This document shows positions 18,535 to 27,376 of a stretch of DNA of 64,000 nt, in pieces (the stretch's first letter is position 1; each line of letters begins with the position of its first letter). The stretch is from contig JBJXDY010000021.1 of assembly GCA_046154965.1 (NCBI GenBank), positions 3,200 to 67,199 on the forward strand. Direction: 5' to 3'. The notes under the pieces are model-generated. The model ran no database searches. It was not told where the DNA came from and was given only the letters and a program-made list of their open reading frames with translations. Both the position numbers and the translations under genes were made by a program. This DNA is from Dongiaceae bacterium. GTDB taxonomy: Bacteria > Pseudomonadota > Alphaproteobacteria > Dongiales > Dongiaceae.

Positions 18535-19038
18535 GTGCCGCGCATACCGCAAGATCCTTCGGAGTACCACGCCACCCTGCTGCTCTTCTATGAGGAGGAG
18601 GTCATGGGTGAAGCCTTCTTTGCCGGTCTTGCCCGAAAATTTCCGGCGCCCCGTTCGGATCGAGCCATGCACCTGTTGTCAAAAATGGAGCGCTGCGTCG
18701 TAGATGGCGTGCTCCCGCTTCTTGACAGATACGGGCTACGCCCGCGCAGCGATGCGGAACTGCATAGGATCGGATCGATGGAAGCGGAACAATGGGTCAC
18801 ATCGACCTGGCAAGATTACATGACAAGTATCGCCACAAAATTCCCGATCTTTCTGGAGGAATTCGCCGCCTTGCGGCGCGTGGCCCCGGAGGCAGATCTA
18901 CCACTGCTCAAAATCTTTGACGATCACGAAGTTGCCGCCATTGATTTCGCCAAACGCGAAATCGCCGGCGACCCGGACAGCATCGTCTCGTTGACCGATT
19001 TCATAGGAGCCCATCGGCCGGGTTTGCTCGAGAAATAG
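18535..19038 (+). CDS. Hypothetical protein (helical; no family recognised)
   Basis: Start chosen at GTG 18535, 7 nt after a strong AAGGAGG. 167 aa (VPRIPQDPSEYHATLLLFYEEEVMGEAFF...). Lies in visibly AT-richer DNA. Confidence 0.6.
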   Translation: MPRIPQDPSEYHATLLLFYEEEVMGEAFFAGLARKFPAPRSDRAMHLLSKMERCVVDGVLPLLDRYGLRPRSDAELHRIGSMEAEQWVTSTWQDYMTSIATKFPIFLEEFAALRRVAPEADLPLLKIFDDHEVAAIDFAKREIAGDPDSIVSLTDFIGAHRPGLLEK

Positions 19039-19358
19039 GCGGATCGGTTCGTTTCTGTGCAATAGAATCTGACAGAAAGTACCCGCCCGATGGTCGCCAA
19101 AGCCGCGCTGTTCGGCGATTCGCCGCGGACTCCTCTATTGGATTTGTACCACCAGAATCTAAATTGAACCCCGGGGTCATCACAGACCCGTTCCGTCAGA
19201 TAAGCCCTCAGCATCGGCCGTTAGCTGGACGCACCGGTTCGGCAGGAACGTGCCTATGAGGGACATTCGTACGTCTCTCATTCGTTATGCCCCAGGCAAC
19301 ATGACGACGGCATGCAGCTTGTTGCCGTCTGGATCGCGGCATCAGGCATCATGATAAA

Positions 19359-19802
19359 GTGCCGGCAAACAAAATGGCTGATGACACCGTCAGACAACCA
19401 AGACAGCTCCTCATTGAAAGCCTGACACCCGATGAAATCTTTTCGCTACCGGAAGAGTACTTTGCCGTCTTGGCGAATACTGGCCCGGGCGTCTTCAAAG
19501 CAGGGTCTGCGGAGATACTTGGGCAGCTACATCTGTTGCCCAGTCGGCTCCGGATTGAGTTGGCGCAAATTGACGGTGGCGGTGAAGGGGTTCTACCGAC
19601 GATCGCGATCCTTGCTGCTCGTCTCGCGAAGCAGCGCAAGGCGTGTGAAACTGAATGAGTGGTTCACGCCATCAATTGCGCGGCACCCTACCTCAAGCTT
19701 CGCCGCGTGCTTGTAAAGCAAGGCTTTTCTGTGCGTGATGTGGATGGTATCGGGCAGGCTTACTGCTTGAAGCAATCGCTGCCGACAACGGTGGGCACAT
19801 AA
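19359..19802 (+). pseudogene. Orphan ORF interrupted by an in-frame TGA (19656-19658)
   Basis: The same frame continues after the TGA as VVHAINCAAPYLKLRRVLVKQGFSVRDVDGIGQAYCLKQSLPTTVGT to TAA 19800-19802. Start is either GTG 19359 or ATG 19374. Confidence 0.5.
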
Positions 19803-19809
19803 GACGCAT

Positions 19810-20724
19810 TTAGGTTGGCAGCTTGCGAAGAGTGCGTATCGCCTCTGTCGCTTGGGCTAAGCGCCGCTGCGCCATCTCTTCCAGCTCCGGCGTCCGGTTG
19901 CCCAGCTCGATCGCCATCGCCGCCCAGGAACCAGCCATCAAGTACAGCGCCGATTTGTACACGGTGAATCGATCGGGCGTTGCGCCCTTCACGCCTTCGC
20001 CGTACGCGGCGAGCAGCGCGCGATCCTCGGCCTCGCTGAACTCCGCCTCGATGGACAGGCCCGCCAGATCATATGCCGGCTCGCTCATCTCCGCATACTC
20101 CCAATCGATGAGATACAGTCGCGACGCGCCTTCCGCATCCTGACTGCGGATGAAGTTGTGGGGTGTCGGATCGATGTGGCAGGACACCAGCCGCCGCCCC
20201 GGAGCATCCACCGACCCCCGCAGCCGCTCCGCCGCCTCGCGGATCTCGCGAAACTGCGCCGCCGCCCTCGGGCTCTTCTGCAGATAGGAGTCGATCTTGT
20301 CGAACACCCGCATTTGCCGGCGGAACACGAGGCCGCTGTCATGCAGCCGCCGCAGGATCTGCGCGGCGGCGTGCATTGTCGCTGGATCATGCATCGCCGC
20401 CGCGGTCAGTGTCTCGGCACCATCGACAAAGCGGGTCAGCATCAGGCCTGTCGCCGGATCGGCATAGAGAATCTCCGGCGTCAACCCCGCTCCCGCCGCC
20501 AATGCCGCGTCATGGGCTTCGGCTTTGCGGTCGATGTATTTCTCCGTGCCGACGCCCGGCAGGCGCAGCACATAGCTCGCGCTAGGTGTGGTGATCTTGT
20601 AGTTGCGATTGGTCAATCCCGGCAGCGGCTCGATTGCAAGTTCGCTAGCCGTTAAACCCGCCAATATGGGTATGCTCGCAAAGGCAGCGATGAGTTCAGC
20701 GGGTGGTTCTGCAGCCATAAGCAC
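19810..20724 (-). CDS. Choline/ethanolamine-kinase-like phosphotransferase (APH fold)
   Basis: 304 aa. GLTNRNY nucleotide-binding loop, catalytic HIDPTPHNF, LIDWEYA motif. Confidence 0.8.
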   Translation of the reverse strand: MLMAAEPPAELIAAFASIPILAGLTASELAIEPLPGLTNRNYKITTPSASYVLRLPGVGTEKYIDRKAEAHDAALAAGAGLTPEILYADPATGLMLTRFVDGAETLTAAAMHDPATMHAAAQILRRLHDSGLVFRRQMRVFDKIDSYLQKSPRAAAQFREIREAAERLRGSVDAPGRRLVSCHIDPTPHNFIRSQDAEGASRLYLIDWEYAEMSEPAYDLAGLSIEAEFSEAEDRALLAAYGEGVKGATPDRFTVYKSALYLMAGSWAAMAIELGNRTPELEEMAQRRLAQATEAIRTLRKLPT

Positions 20725-20746
20725 GGTTTACCAACGCACCCGCCGT

Positions 20747-20792
20747 TTGTCATCCCGGGGCCGGCGCTTCAGCAAGGTTTCCGGGATGACAA
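20747..20792. repeat. REP-like hairpin (12-nt perfect arms TTGTCATCCCGG / CCGGGATGACAA)
   Basis: Perfect inverted repeat with a 22-nt loop in the acoC-kinase intergenic region. Shares the GTCATCCC core with the palindrome at 56631-56708. Confidence 0.7.
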
Positions 20793-21115
20793 CCTTGGGT
20801 TATCCACGATCACATTCCTTGAGAAATGCCGGCGCTCTTGCTATGATAATGTTCCTGTCGGCACCCGCCCACGGGTCCCTTAAACACAGCGTATCGGAAT
20901 ACGGCATGCCGCTCATAATGTGTTTGGAGCGAACAAACAGTCATGCCAAAGGCCGGGATTCCCTTGCATGGCATCGTTCCTCAAAATCAGGGTCCCCTGG
21001 AATCTCTGATTCCGAGGTCAAGGCCCCGTCAGCGTTGGAGAAACCCTCGCGGGAAATACGGAAAAATGTCACATCCTGCGCGATGCCGCCGCGTCGCTGC
21101 AGCCCGTATGCCAGC

Positions 21116-22240
21116 TTACCTCGCGATCTCCGCGATCAGCCGGTTCACGTCGCTGGCCGCCTCCATATGCGGCATATGGCCGGCATTGGCCAGGGAATGC
21201 ACCTTCACATTCCCCGGCAGGCCTTCCGCATGCTTTGCCGGGACGATGCGGTCTTGGCTGCCGGAGATGATCTGGATCGGCGCCTTAACCTTGCCGATGG
21301 CGTCGCGCAGGATCGCCGCCTGCTTGCCGCCGGGGAACATGACGTCGCGCATCTTTTTCAGCGCCGCGTCCACACCGTCGATGCGCTTGAACTTCAGCAC
21401 ATCCTCGATCATGTCCCGGGTAACCAGGCCCGGATCGGCCACCAGCATCTGCAGGATCGGTTCCAGCTTCTTGCCGCGGCTCGCCTCGATGAAGCCGTTG
21501 ATGTACGCCATCGAGATGTCCGCGCCCAGGCCCGCCGGGCAGATCAGCGTCGCCGACGCCACCTTGCCCGGCTGGCTGACCGCAAGCTGCAGCGCCACCG
21601 CGCCACCCATGGAATGGCCCACCAGATGGGCGCGGTCGATCTTCAGCGCCGCCATCCAGGCCGCCACGGCGGCGGTCATGGCGCCGAGATCGCCGGCGCC
21701 GACGTCCTTGCTCGAACCGCCATGTCCCGGCAGATCAATCGCGTAGGTGGTGTGGCTTTCCGCCAGGGCCTCCTGGTTGAACAGCCAGTTATTGAGATCG
21801 CCGCCGAAACCATGGACGAACACCACCGGCGCGCCATCGCCGCTGCCCAGCCTCAGATACCGGATGCGGCATCCGCCGGCGATCTCCACGCTCTCCGGCT
21901 CCGGCTTTTTCTCGCTGGCCCTGGCCGCCAGTTGCTCTTTCAGCGCCTCGTTGAATTTGGCGACGAAAGCATCGATCTCACCGTCGCCGACCTTGTCATC
22001 GGCCACCACCGCCAGCAGGGCGCCGACCGGCAGCGCCTCGCCGGTCGGCGCCACCAGCCGGCGCACCTTGCCGGAAATCGGGCTCTCGAAGACGTTTGCG
22101 ATCTTCGAGGTCTCGATATCGGCGATCTCCTGGCCTTTGGCGACTTCAGCACCCTCGGCGATCTGCCAAGCGGTGACGGTTCCCTCCTCCATCGCCAGGC
22201 CCCATTTCGGCATGACGATGGTCTGAATGCTGCCGGCCAT
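21116..22240 (-). CDS. acoC: Acetoin-dehydrogenase-type E2 (lipoyl domain fused to alpha/beta-hydrolase fold)
   Basis: 374 aa. Lipoyl attachment context DIETSKI. Then VVFVHGFGGD...AIDLPGHGGS...LVGHSMGG hydrolase-fold motifs, as in AcoC. Confidence 0.85.
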   Translation of the reverse strand: MAGSIQTIVMPKWGLAMEEGTVTAWQIAEGAEVAKGQEIADIETSKIANVFESPISGKVRRLVAPTGEALPVGALLAVVADDKVGDGEIDAFVAKFNEALKEQLAARASEKKPEPESVEIAGGCRIRYLRLGSGDGAPVVFVHGFGGDLNNWLFNQEALAESHTTYAIDLPGHGGSSKDVGAGDLGAMTAAVAAWMAALKIDRAHLVGHSMGGAVALQLAVSQPGKVASATLICPAGLGADISMAYINGFIEASRGKKLEPILQMLVADPGLVTRDMIEDVLKFKRIDGVDAALKKMRDVMFPGGKQAAILRDAIGKVKAPIQIISGSQDRIVPAKHAEGLPGNVKVHSLANAGHMPHMEAASDVNRLIAEIAR

Positions 22241-23251
22241 CTAGGCGTGTCCCATGACGGCGCGCACCGCAGCCTCGATCTTGGGCGGTCCGGGAACGTA
22301 GATGTCCTCGAGCGCCGGCGAGAACGGCACCGGGCAGTGAGGCGCGGTGACCATCTTGATCGGCGCCTTCAAGTCGGCGAACGCCTCCTGGCAGATCAGC
22401 GCGGAGATGTCGGCGGCCATGTTGCAGCGGGGATGGGCCTCGTCCACCACCACCACGCGGCCGGTCTCCGATGCGGTCTCCAGCACGGTCTCCGTATCCA
22501 GCGGCGAGGTCGTGCGCAGATCCACCACCGTGCAGCCGATCTTCTCCTTGGCCAGCTTGTCCGCCACCTGGTTGGAGAAATTCACCATCCGGCCCATGGT
22601 GATGATCGTGACGTCGTCGCCCTCGCGGGTGACATTCGCCTCGCCGAACGGGATCGTATACGCGTCGTCGGGCACTTCGGCGGTTTCATCATACATCGCC
22701 TTGTGCTCGAAGAAGATGACGGGATCGTCGTCGCGGATCGCCTGGGCCAGCAGGCCCTTCGCCTCATAGGCGTTGCTGGGCAGCACCACTTTCAGGCCGG
22801 GAATATGGGTGAAGATCGGATAGAGGCATTGGCTGTGCTGGGACGCCGCGCGGAAGCCGGCGCCGTACATCGTGCGGATCACCATCGGCGTGATCGCCTT
22901 GCCGCCGAACATGTATTTGAACTTGGCGGCCTGGTTGAAGATCTGGTCGAAGCAGACGCCGAAGAAATCGACGAACATCAGCTCCGCCACCGGCCGCAGG
23001 CCCGTGGCCGCGGCACCCGCCGCGGCGCCGATGAAGGCGCTTTCGGAGATCGGCGTGTCCAGGACGCGGTCGCGGCCGAACTTCGGCATCAGGCCCTTGG
23101 TGACGCCCAGAGGGCCGCCCCAGGCATCCTGCTCGCCGGGCGCGCCGAGGCCGCCGGCGACGTCTTCGCCCATGAGGATGACCCGATGATCGCGCTCCAT
23201 CTCCTGACGGAGCGCTTCGTTGATGGCTTGACGGTAGGTTTTCTTGGCCAT
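22241..23251 (-). CDS. acoB: TPP-dependent 2-oxo/acetoin dehydrogenase E1 beta subunit
   Basis: 336 aa, transketolase-like pyrimidine-binding and C-terminal domains. Abuts acoC with no gap. Confidence 0.88.
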   Translation of the reverse strand: MAKKTYRQAINEALRQEMERDHRVILMGEDVAGGLGAPGEQDAWGGPLGVTKGLMPKFGRDRVLDTPISESAFIGAAAGAAATGLRPVAELMFVDFFGVCFDQIFNQAAKFKYMFGGKAITPMVIRTMYGAGFRAASQHSQCLYPIFTHIPGLKVVLPSNAYEAKGLLAQAIRDDDPVIFFEHKAMYDETAEVPDDAYTIPFGEANVTREGDDVTIITMGRMVNFSNQVADKLAKEKIGCTVVDLRTTSPLDTETVLETASETGRVVVVDEAHPRCNMAADISALICQEAFADLKAPIKMVTAPHCPVPFSPALEDIYVPGPPKIEAAVRAVMGHA

Positions 23252-23264
23252 GATTCGCCCTCCC

Positions 23265-24233
23265 TCAGTATGCGGATGTGTAGACGTCGGTCAGCAGATC
23301 TGCTTCGGTCGGCACCGCCGAGGACTTCGCCGTTGCCACGCATTGCTGAATGCGCCGCTTGCACTCCCGGTCGATCTCGTCGAGCGACTTGCTGTCCAGC
23401 AGATGCGCCTGGGTCACCCTGTTGCGGAACACCAGCAGAGGATCGTTCGTGGCCTTGTACTTCGCCACCTCGTCGGCGGACTTGTAGGTCGCCGCATCGC
23501 CTTCGAAATGGCCGTAGTAGCGCATGACCTTCACATGCATCAGGCTGGGCCCGCCGCCGTTGCGCGCCCGGTCGATCACCTCGCGCGCGGCATCGTAGAC
23601 CGCGAAGAAATCCGAACCGTCCACCTCGATCGCCGGCATGCCGAAGCCCTTGCCGCGGCCCACCTGGCTGCCGCCCACCGACCATTTGGACGCCGTGCTC
23701 TCGGCATAGCCGTTGTCCTCGACGACGAAGACCGCCGGCAGATTCCAGATCTTGGCCAGATTGTAGGATTCGAACGTCGTGCCCTGGTTGGAGCCGCCGT
23801 CGCCGACGAAGGCGATGGCAACGCCGCCGGTTTTCAGCGTCTTGGCGGTCAGTGCCGCGCCGCAGATCAGCGGCGGCCCGCCGCCGACGATGCCGTTGGC
23901 GCCCATCATGCCCTTGGAGAGATCGGCGATATGCATCGAGCCGCCTTTGCCGCCGCAAAGCCCGTCCTTCTTGCCGAAGATCTCCTGCATCATCCCCTGC
24001 TCGTCGCAGCCCTTGGCGATGCAATGGCCGTGACCGCGATGGGTGCTGGCGATGCAGTCCCGGTCTTCGAGATGCATGCAGATGCCCACGCCCGACGCTT
24101 CTTCGCCGGCGTAAAGATGCACGAATCCCGGAATGTTGCCGGCGGAGAATTCGTCATGCACGGCATCCTCGAACTCGCGGATCAAGCGCATCCGCTTGTA
24201 GGCTTTGATCAGATCGTCCCGGCTCAGTTGCAT
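23265..24233 (-). CDS. acoA: TPP-dependent 2-oxo/acetoin dehydrogenase E1 alpha subunit
   Basis: 322 aa. TPP-binding motif GDGGSNQG...VVEDNGYA. Upstream of acoB. Confidence 0.88.
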   Translation of the reverse strand: MQLSRDDLIKAYKRMRLIREFEDAVHDEFSAGNIPGFVHLYAGEEASGVGICMHLEDRDCIASTHRGHGHCIAKGCDEQGMMQEIFGKKDGLCGGKGGSMHIADLSKGMMGANGIVGGGPPLICGAALTAKTLKTGGVAIAFVGDGGSNQGTTFESYNLAKIWNLPAVFVVEDNGYAESTASKWSVGGSQVGRGKGFGMPAIEVDGSDFFAVYDAAREVIDRARNGGGPSLMHVKVMRYYGHFEGDAATYKSADEVAKYKATNDPLLVFRNRVTQAHLLDSKSLDEIDRECKRRIQQCVATAKSSAVPTEADLLTDVYTSAY

Positions 24234-24272
24234 CTTGTCCTCCGCCTTGGGTGTTGCTCTTGCTCTTCGGCC

Positions 24273-25370
24273 TCAGAAGTAGGCCAGCCCGGTATCGCGG
24301 GCAAATAGATGTATTCTGTTCTCGTCGAGCGCCAGGGAACAGGGAGCTCCGGCTTCGCCGGCGAACGCTGCCCTCGTCCGCGCCAGTATTCTCTGTTCTC
24401 CGGGCAATCGGATGTCAACCAGCGTGTCGCCCCCGATCGGCTCGGTCACGAATATCTCGCCCGCCGTCGCACCCGGCTGCGCCACGCCGCATGTGACCGC
24501 GATATCGTCGGGGCGCACGCCGAGCCGCACTTCGGCCGACGCACCGGGCCGGTCCAGCGTCGCCGCTTGCTGCGCCGTCAGCGGCACCCGCAGCGCCGCG
24601 TTGCAGGCGAACACCGTTCCGGCATGGCCCTCGAGCCGGCAATCGAAAAAATTCATCGGCGGATCGCCAACAAAGCCGGCGACCCATTCGTTGCTGGGCC
24701 GGTTGTAGACTTCGTGCGGTGTGCCGAGCTGCTGCAGCACGCCCTCATGCATGACCGCGATCTTGTCGGCCATCGACAGCGCCTCGAGCTGATCATGTGT
24801 CACATAGATCGTGGTGGTGCGGAGCTGGCGCTGAAGATGTTTCAGTTCGCCCCGCATGTGCGCACGCAGCTTGGCGTCGAGATGGGCGATCGGCTCGTCG
24901 AACAGAAACAGCGCGGGTTCCCGTACAATGGCGCGGCCGATGGCGACGCGCTGCTTCTGGCCGCCGCTGAGCTGCGCCGGCTTGCGGTCCAGTAGTTGGT
25001 CGATTTCCAGCAGCCGCGCCGCCTTGCGCACTTTTTCGCCGATGGCGGCCTCGCCCAGGCCGCGCAACTTCAGCGGATTGGCAATGTTCTCCATCACAGT
25101 CTTATGCGGATACAGCGCATAGTTCTCGAACACCATGGCGATGTCCCGGTCCTTCGGCGGCACATCGTTCACCCGCTTGGCGCCAAACCGTACTTCACCG
25201 GCGGAAATCTGCTCAAGTCCGGCCAACATGCGCAATGTCGATGATTTACCGCAGCCCGACGGACCCAGAATGCAAAGAAACGAGTTGTCGTCGCAAACAA
25301 GATTGAGGTCCCTCACGGCAACCGTCTTGCCGTAGTATTTCCAGACGTTCTGAATGGTGATCGACGTCAT
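24273..25370 (-). CDS. CUT1-type (MalK/UgpC-like) ABC transporter ATP-binding protein
   Basis: Start chosen at MTSITIQNVW (ATG 25370, GGAGG 13 nt upstream). Walker [10 protein letters not shown], signature LSGGQKQR, C-terminal MalK-like regulatory domain. Confidence 0.88.
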   Translation of the reverse strand: MTSITIQNVWKYYGKTVAVRDLNLVCDDNSFLCILGPSGCGKSSTLRMLAGLEQISAGEVRFGAKRVNDVPPKDRDIAMVFENYALYPHKTVMENIANPLKLRGLGEAAIGEKVRKAARLLEIDQLLDRKPAQLSGGQKQRVAIGRAIVREPALFLFDEPIAHLDAKLRAHMRGELKHLQRQLRTTTIYVTHDQLEALSMADKIAVMHEGVLQQLGTPHEVYNRPSNEWVAGFVGDPPMNFFDCRLEGHAGTVFACNAALRVPLTAQQAATLDRPGASAEVRLGVRPDDIAVTCGVAQPGATAGEIFVTEPIGGDTLVDIRLPGEQRILARTRAAFAGEAGAPCSLALDENRIHLFARDTGLAYF

Positions 25371-25421
25371 GCTGTTTTCACGGCCTCCGGCACGCAACTA
25401 TCGAGTGGTATTCGGGTCGTA

Positions 25422-26300
25422 TCATTCGCGCACAGCCCCCATCGTCAGGCCGGTGACGAGATACCGGCGGATGACAAGACCGAGCAGCATCATCGGCACT
25501 GTCGTCACCACGCCGGCGGCCATGATGCTGCCCCACTGGATGTTCTGCGGCTGCACCAGGGCAAAGGTTGCCGGTGGCAGCGTCTTGGCGCCGCCGCTGC
25601 CGATGATCGATGCGAACAGATAGTCGTTCCAGGCGAACAGCACGCAGAGCACCAGAAATGCGCCGATCCCCGGTGCGACGAGCGGCAGGATCATCCGGAA
25701 GGCCTGCCAGCGCGTGCCGCCGTCGCACATCACCGCTTCCTCGATGGCATAGGGAACGTTGTCGAAGAACCCTTTCAGGATCCAGATCGCGAACGGCAGG
25801 TTGAATGTCGTGTAGGCCAGGATCAATCCCGGCAGTGTGCCGATCAGCTCCGCCGAACGGAAGATGGCATAGAGCGGCACCATCACCGCCACCACGGGCG
25901 CCATGCGGGTCGAGATGATCCAGAAGAACAGGTCTTTCTTACCCTTGAACTCGATGCGCGAGAGGCTGTAGGCGGCCATGGCTCCCAGGACCACCGAGAC
26001 AAGCGCCGACCCCAGGGAAGCCAGAAGGCTGTTCGCAAGATAGGTGGAGAAACCGAGATTGCCGAACAGGTTCTCGTAATGCCGTATCGTCGGGGTGAAA
26101 TCGAAGAACATGCCGGCGCCCAGCCAGTCGCCGGCCGGCGGCAGCTGAAACGCCTCCAGCAGGTCCTTGAACGACGACACGAACATGATGAAGATCGGCA
26201 ACACCGTCCAGAGAACGTAGAACAACACGAAGACGCCCGTGGCGACCTGCAGCAAGCGGCTGAGGGGCGTCCGATAGCTGACGATGTCCCGCGATGCCAT
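25422..26300 (-). CDS. Carbohydrate ABC transporter permease (MalG-like)
   Basis: Start chosen at MASRDIVSYR (ATG 26300), 5 nt after the upstream permease stop. About 292 aa. The listed 428-aa ORF overlaps the previous gene. Confidence 0.85.
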   Translation of the reverse strand: MASRDIVSYRTPLSRLLQVATGVFVLFYVLWTVLPIFIMFVSSFKDLLEAFQLPPAGDWLGAGMFFDFTPTIRHYENLFGNLGFSTYLANSLLASLGSALVSVVLGAMAAYSLSRIEFKGKKDLFFWIISTRMAPVVAVMVPLYAIFRSAELIGTLPGLILAYTTFNLPFAIWILKGFFDNVPYAIEEAVMCDGGTRWQAFRMILPLVAPGIGAFLVLCVLFAWNDYLFASIIGSGGAKTLPPATFALVQPQNIQWGSIMAAGVVTTVPMMLLGLVIRRYLVTGLTMGAVRE

Positions 26301-26305
26301 GCTGG

Positions 26306-27286
26306 CTATCCTTCGCCGCCGGCGCGTTGCTGCTTCTGCTTCGGGTCTTCGAATATCTTCACCAGCAGCATGCCCAGGACGATCGTTACGATCAGCAGCG
26401 TCAGCGCGATCGCCGCGCCCCGGCCCAGTTTGAAGTATTGGAACGATACATCGAACAGGTACACCGGCAGGATATTCGTCGCATCGGCGGGGCCGCCGCC
26501 GGTCAACACCAGAACCGCATCGATGAAACGGAAATTGTCCATGAACCTCAGGAGGATCGCGATCAGGAGGAACGGATAGAGGTTGGGCAGCGTGATGTCG
26601 ATGAAGTTGCGCACCGGACCCGCTCCGTCCACCATGTTGGCCTCGAGTTGATCCTGCGGCACGCGTTTCAGGCCCGCGAGAACGATCAGCATGATCAGCG
26701 GCGTCCACTGCCAGACATCCACCAGCACAATGCCGATCATGGCGGTCGACGGGCTGCCGAGGATCGACGTGGCCCCGAGAATGCCGATGCTCTGCAGCAG
26801 CCAGTGATACCAGCCGAAGGTGCCGTTATAGAGATAGAACCACACCAGACCGGCAATGACCGGTGCCATCATCATCGGCATCAACAGGACCGTCACGAGA
26901 GTCTTCTCGTAGCGCGAGCGATTGAGGATGACCGCCAGGCCGACGCCGAGCAGCACCTCCAGGAACATGCAGAAGGCGCTGTACTTGATCAGAAGCCACC
27001 AGCCGTTCAGATACTTGGAGTCGCCGGGCAGCCGCGTCAGGTTTTTGAAGTCGTTCCAGACATCGGGCTGATTGGCCTCGCCGATCGTATGGAGGCTCAT
27101 ATAGATCAGCCAGAAGAACGGGTAGATCGAGATAGCCGCGAGCAACAGGATCGCCGGCAGCATCAGATAGAAGTAGTAGCGGCGCGAGGGCCGCCGGTTC
27201 AGATTGGCCGGCGCGGTCGTGACGATCCGTGCGCCGGACTTCGACGCGTAGGGAACGCCGATCTGGTTGGCGGCGATATCGGTCAT
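26306..27286 (-). CDS. Carbohydrate ABC transporter permease (MalF-like)
   Basis: 326 aa, six TM segments, EAA-loop region MVDGAGPVRNFIDITLP. Confidence 0.85.
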   Translation of the reverse strand: MTDIAANQIGVPYASKSGARIVTTAPANLNRRPSRRYYFYLMLPAILLLAAISIYPFFWLIYMSLHTIGEANQPDVWNDFKNLTRLPGDSKYLNGWWLLIKYSAFCMFLEVLLGVGLAVILNRSRYEKTLVTVLLMPMMMAPVIAGLVWFYLYNGTFGWYHWLLQSIGILGATSILGSPSTAMIGIVLVDVWQWTPLIMLIVLAGLKRVPQDQLEANMVDGAGPVRNFIDITLPNLYPFLLIAILLRFMDNFRFIDAVLVLTGGGPADATNILPVYLFDVSFQYFKLGRGAAIALTLLIVTIVLGMLLVKIFEDPKQKQQRAGGEG

Positions 27287-27347
27287 GCCGTCAAACCCAC
27301 GCCACTCTCACTGCGAATACTGTGCAATCGTCGCCAGGAACGGTAGA

Positions 27348-27367
27348 CGCCGGCATTTCCGCCGGCG
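27348..27367 (-). promoter_or_regulatory. GC-rich intercistronic hairpin after the binding-protein gene
   Basis: CGCCGGC (27348-27354) / GCCGGCG (27361-27367), 6-nt loop, no U-tract. Lies in the 90-nt gap between the SBP and first permease genes. Confidence 0.4.
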
Positions 27368-27376
27368 CCCATCCCA

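Noticed and set aside
19656-19658. TGA as a selenocysteine codon
   Set aside because: There is no convincing SECIS-like stem-loop directly downstream: only a 6-bp stem about 21 nt away. No sel genes are in the window, and the context ETE-x-VVH fits Trp better than a redox Cys/Sec site.
20603-23527. 974-aa ORF on the plus strand
   Set aside because: It lies entirely antisense to the kinase 5' end and to acoC/acoB/acoA, which have clear family motifs. Its composition is Arg/Ala/Gly/His-rich with no recognisable domain. This is the typical stop-poor antisense frame of high-GC DNA.
26301-26708. N-terminal extension of the MalG-like permease ORF (listed as 25422-26708)
   Set aside because: The extension overlaps the preceding permease gene and is Arg/Asp/Gly-rich. 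An ATG at 26300, 5 nt after the upstream stop, gives a typical permease of about 292 aa.
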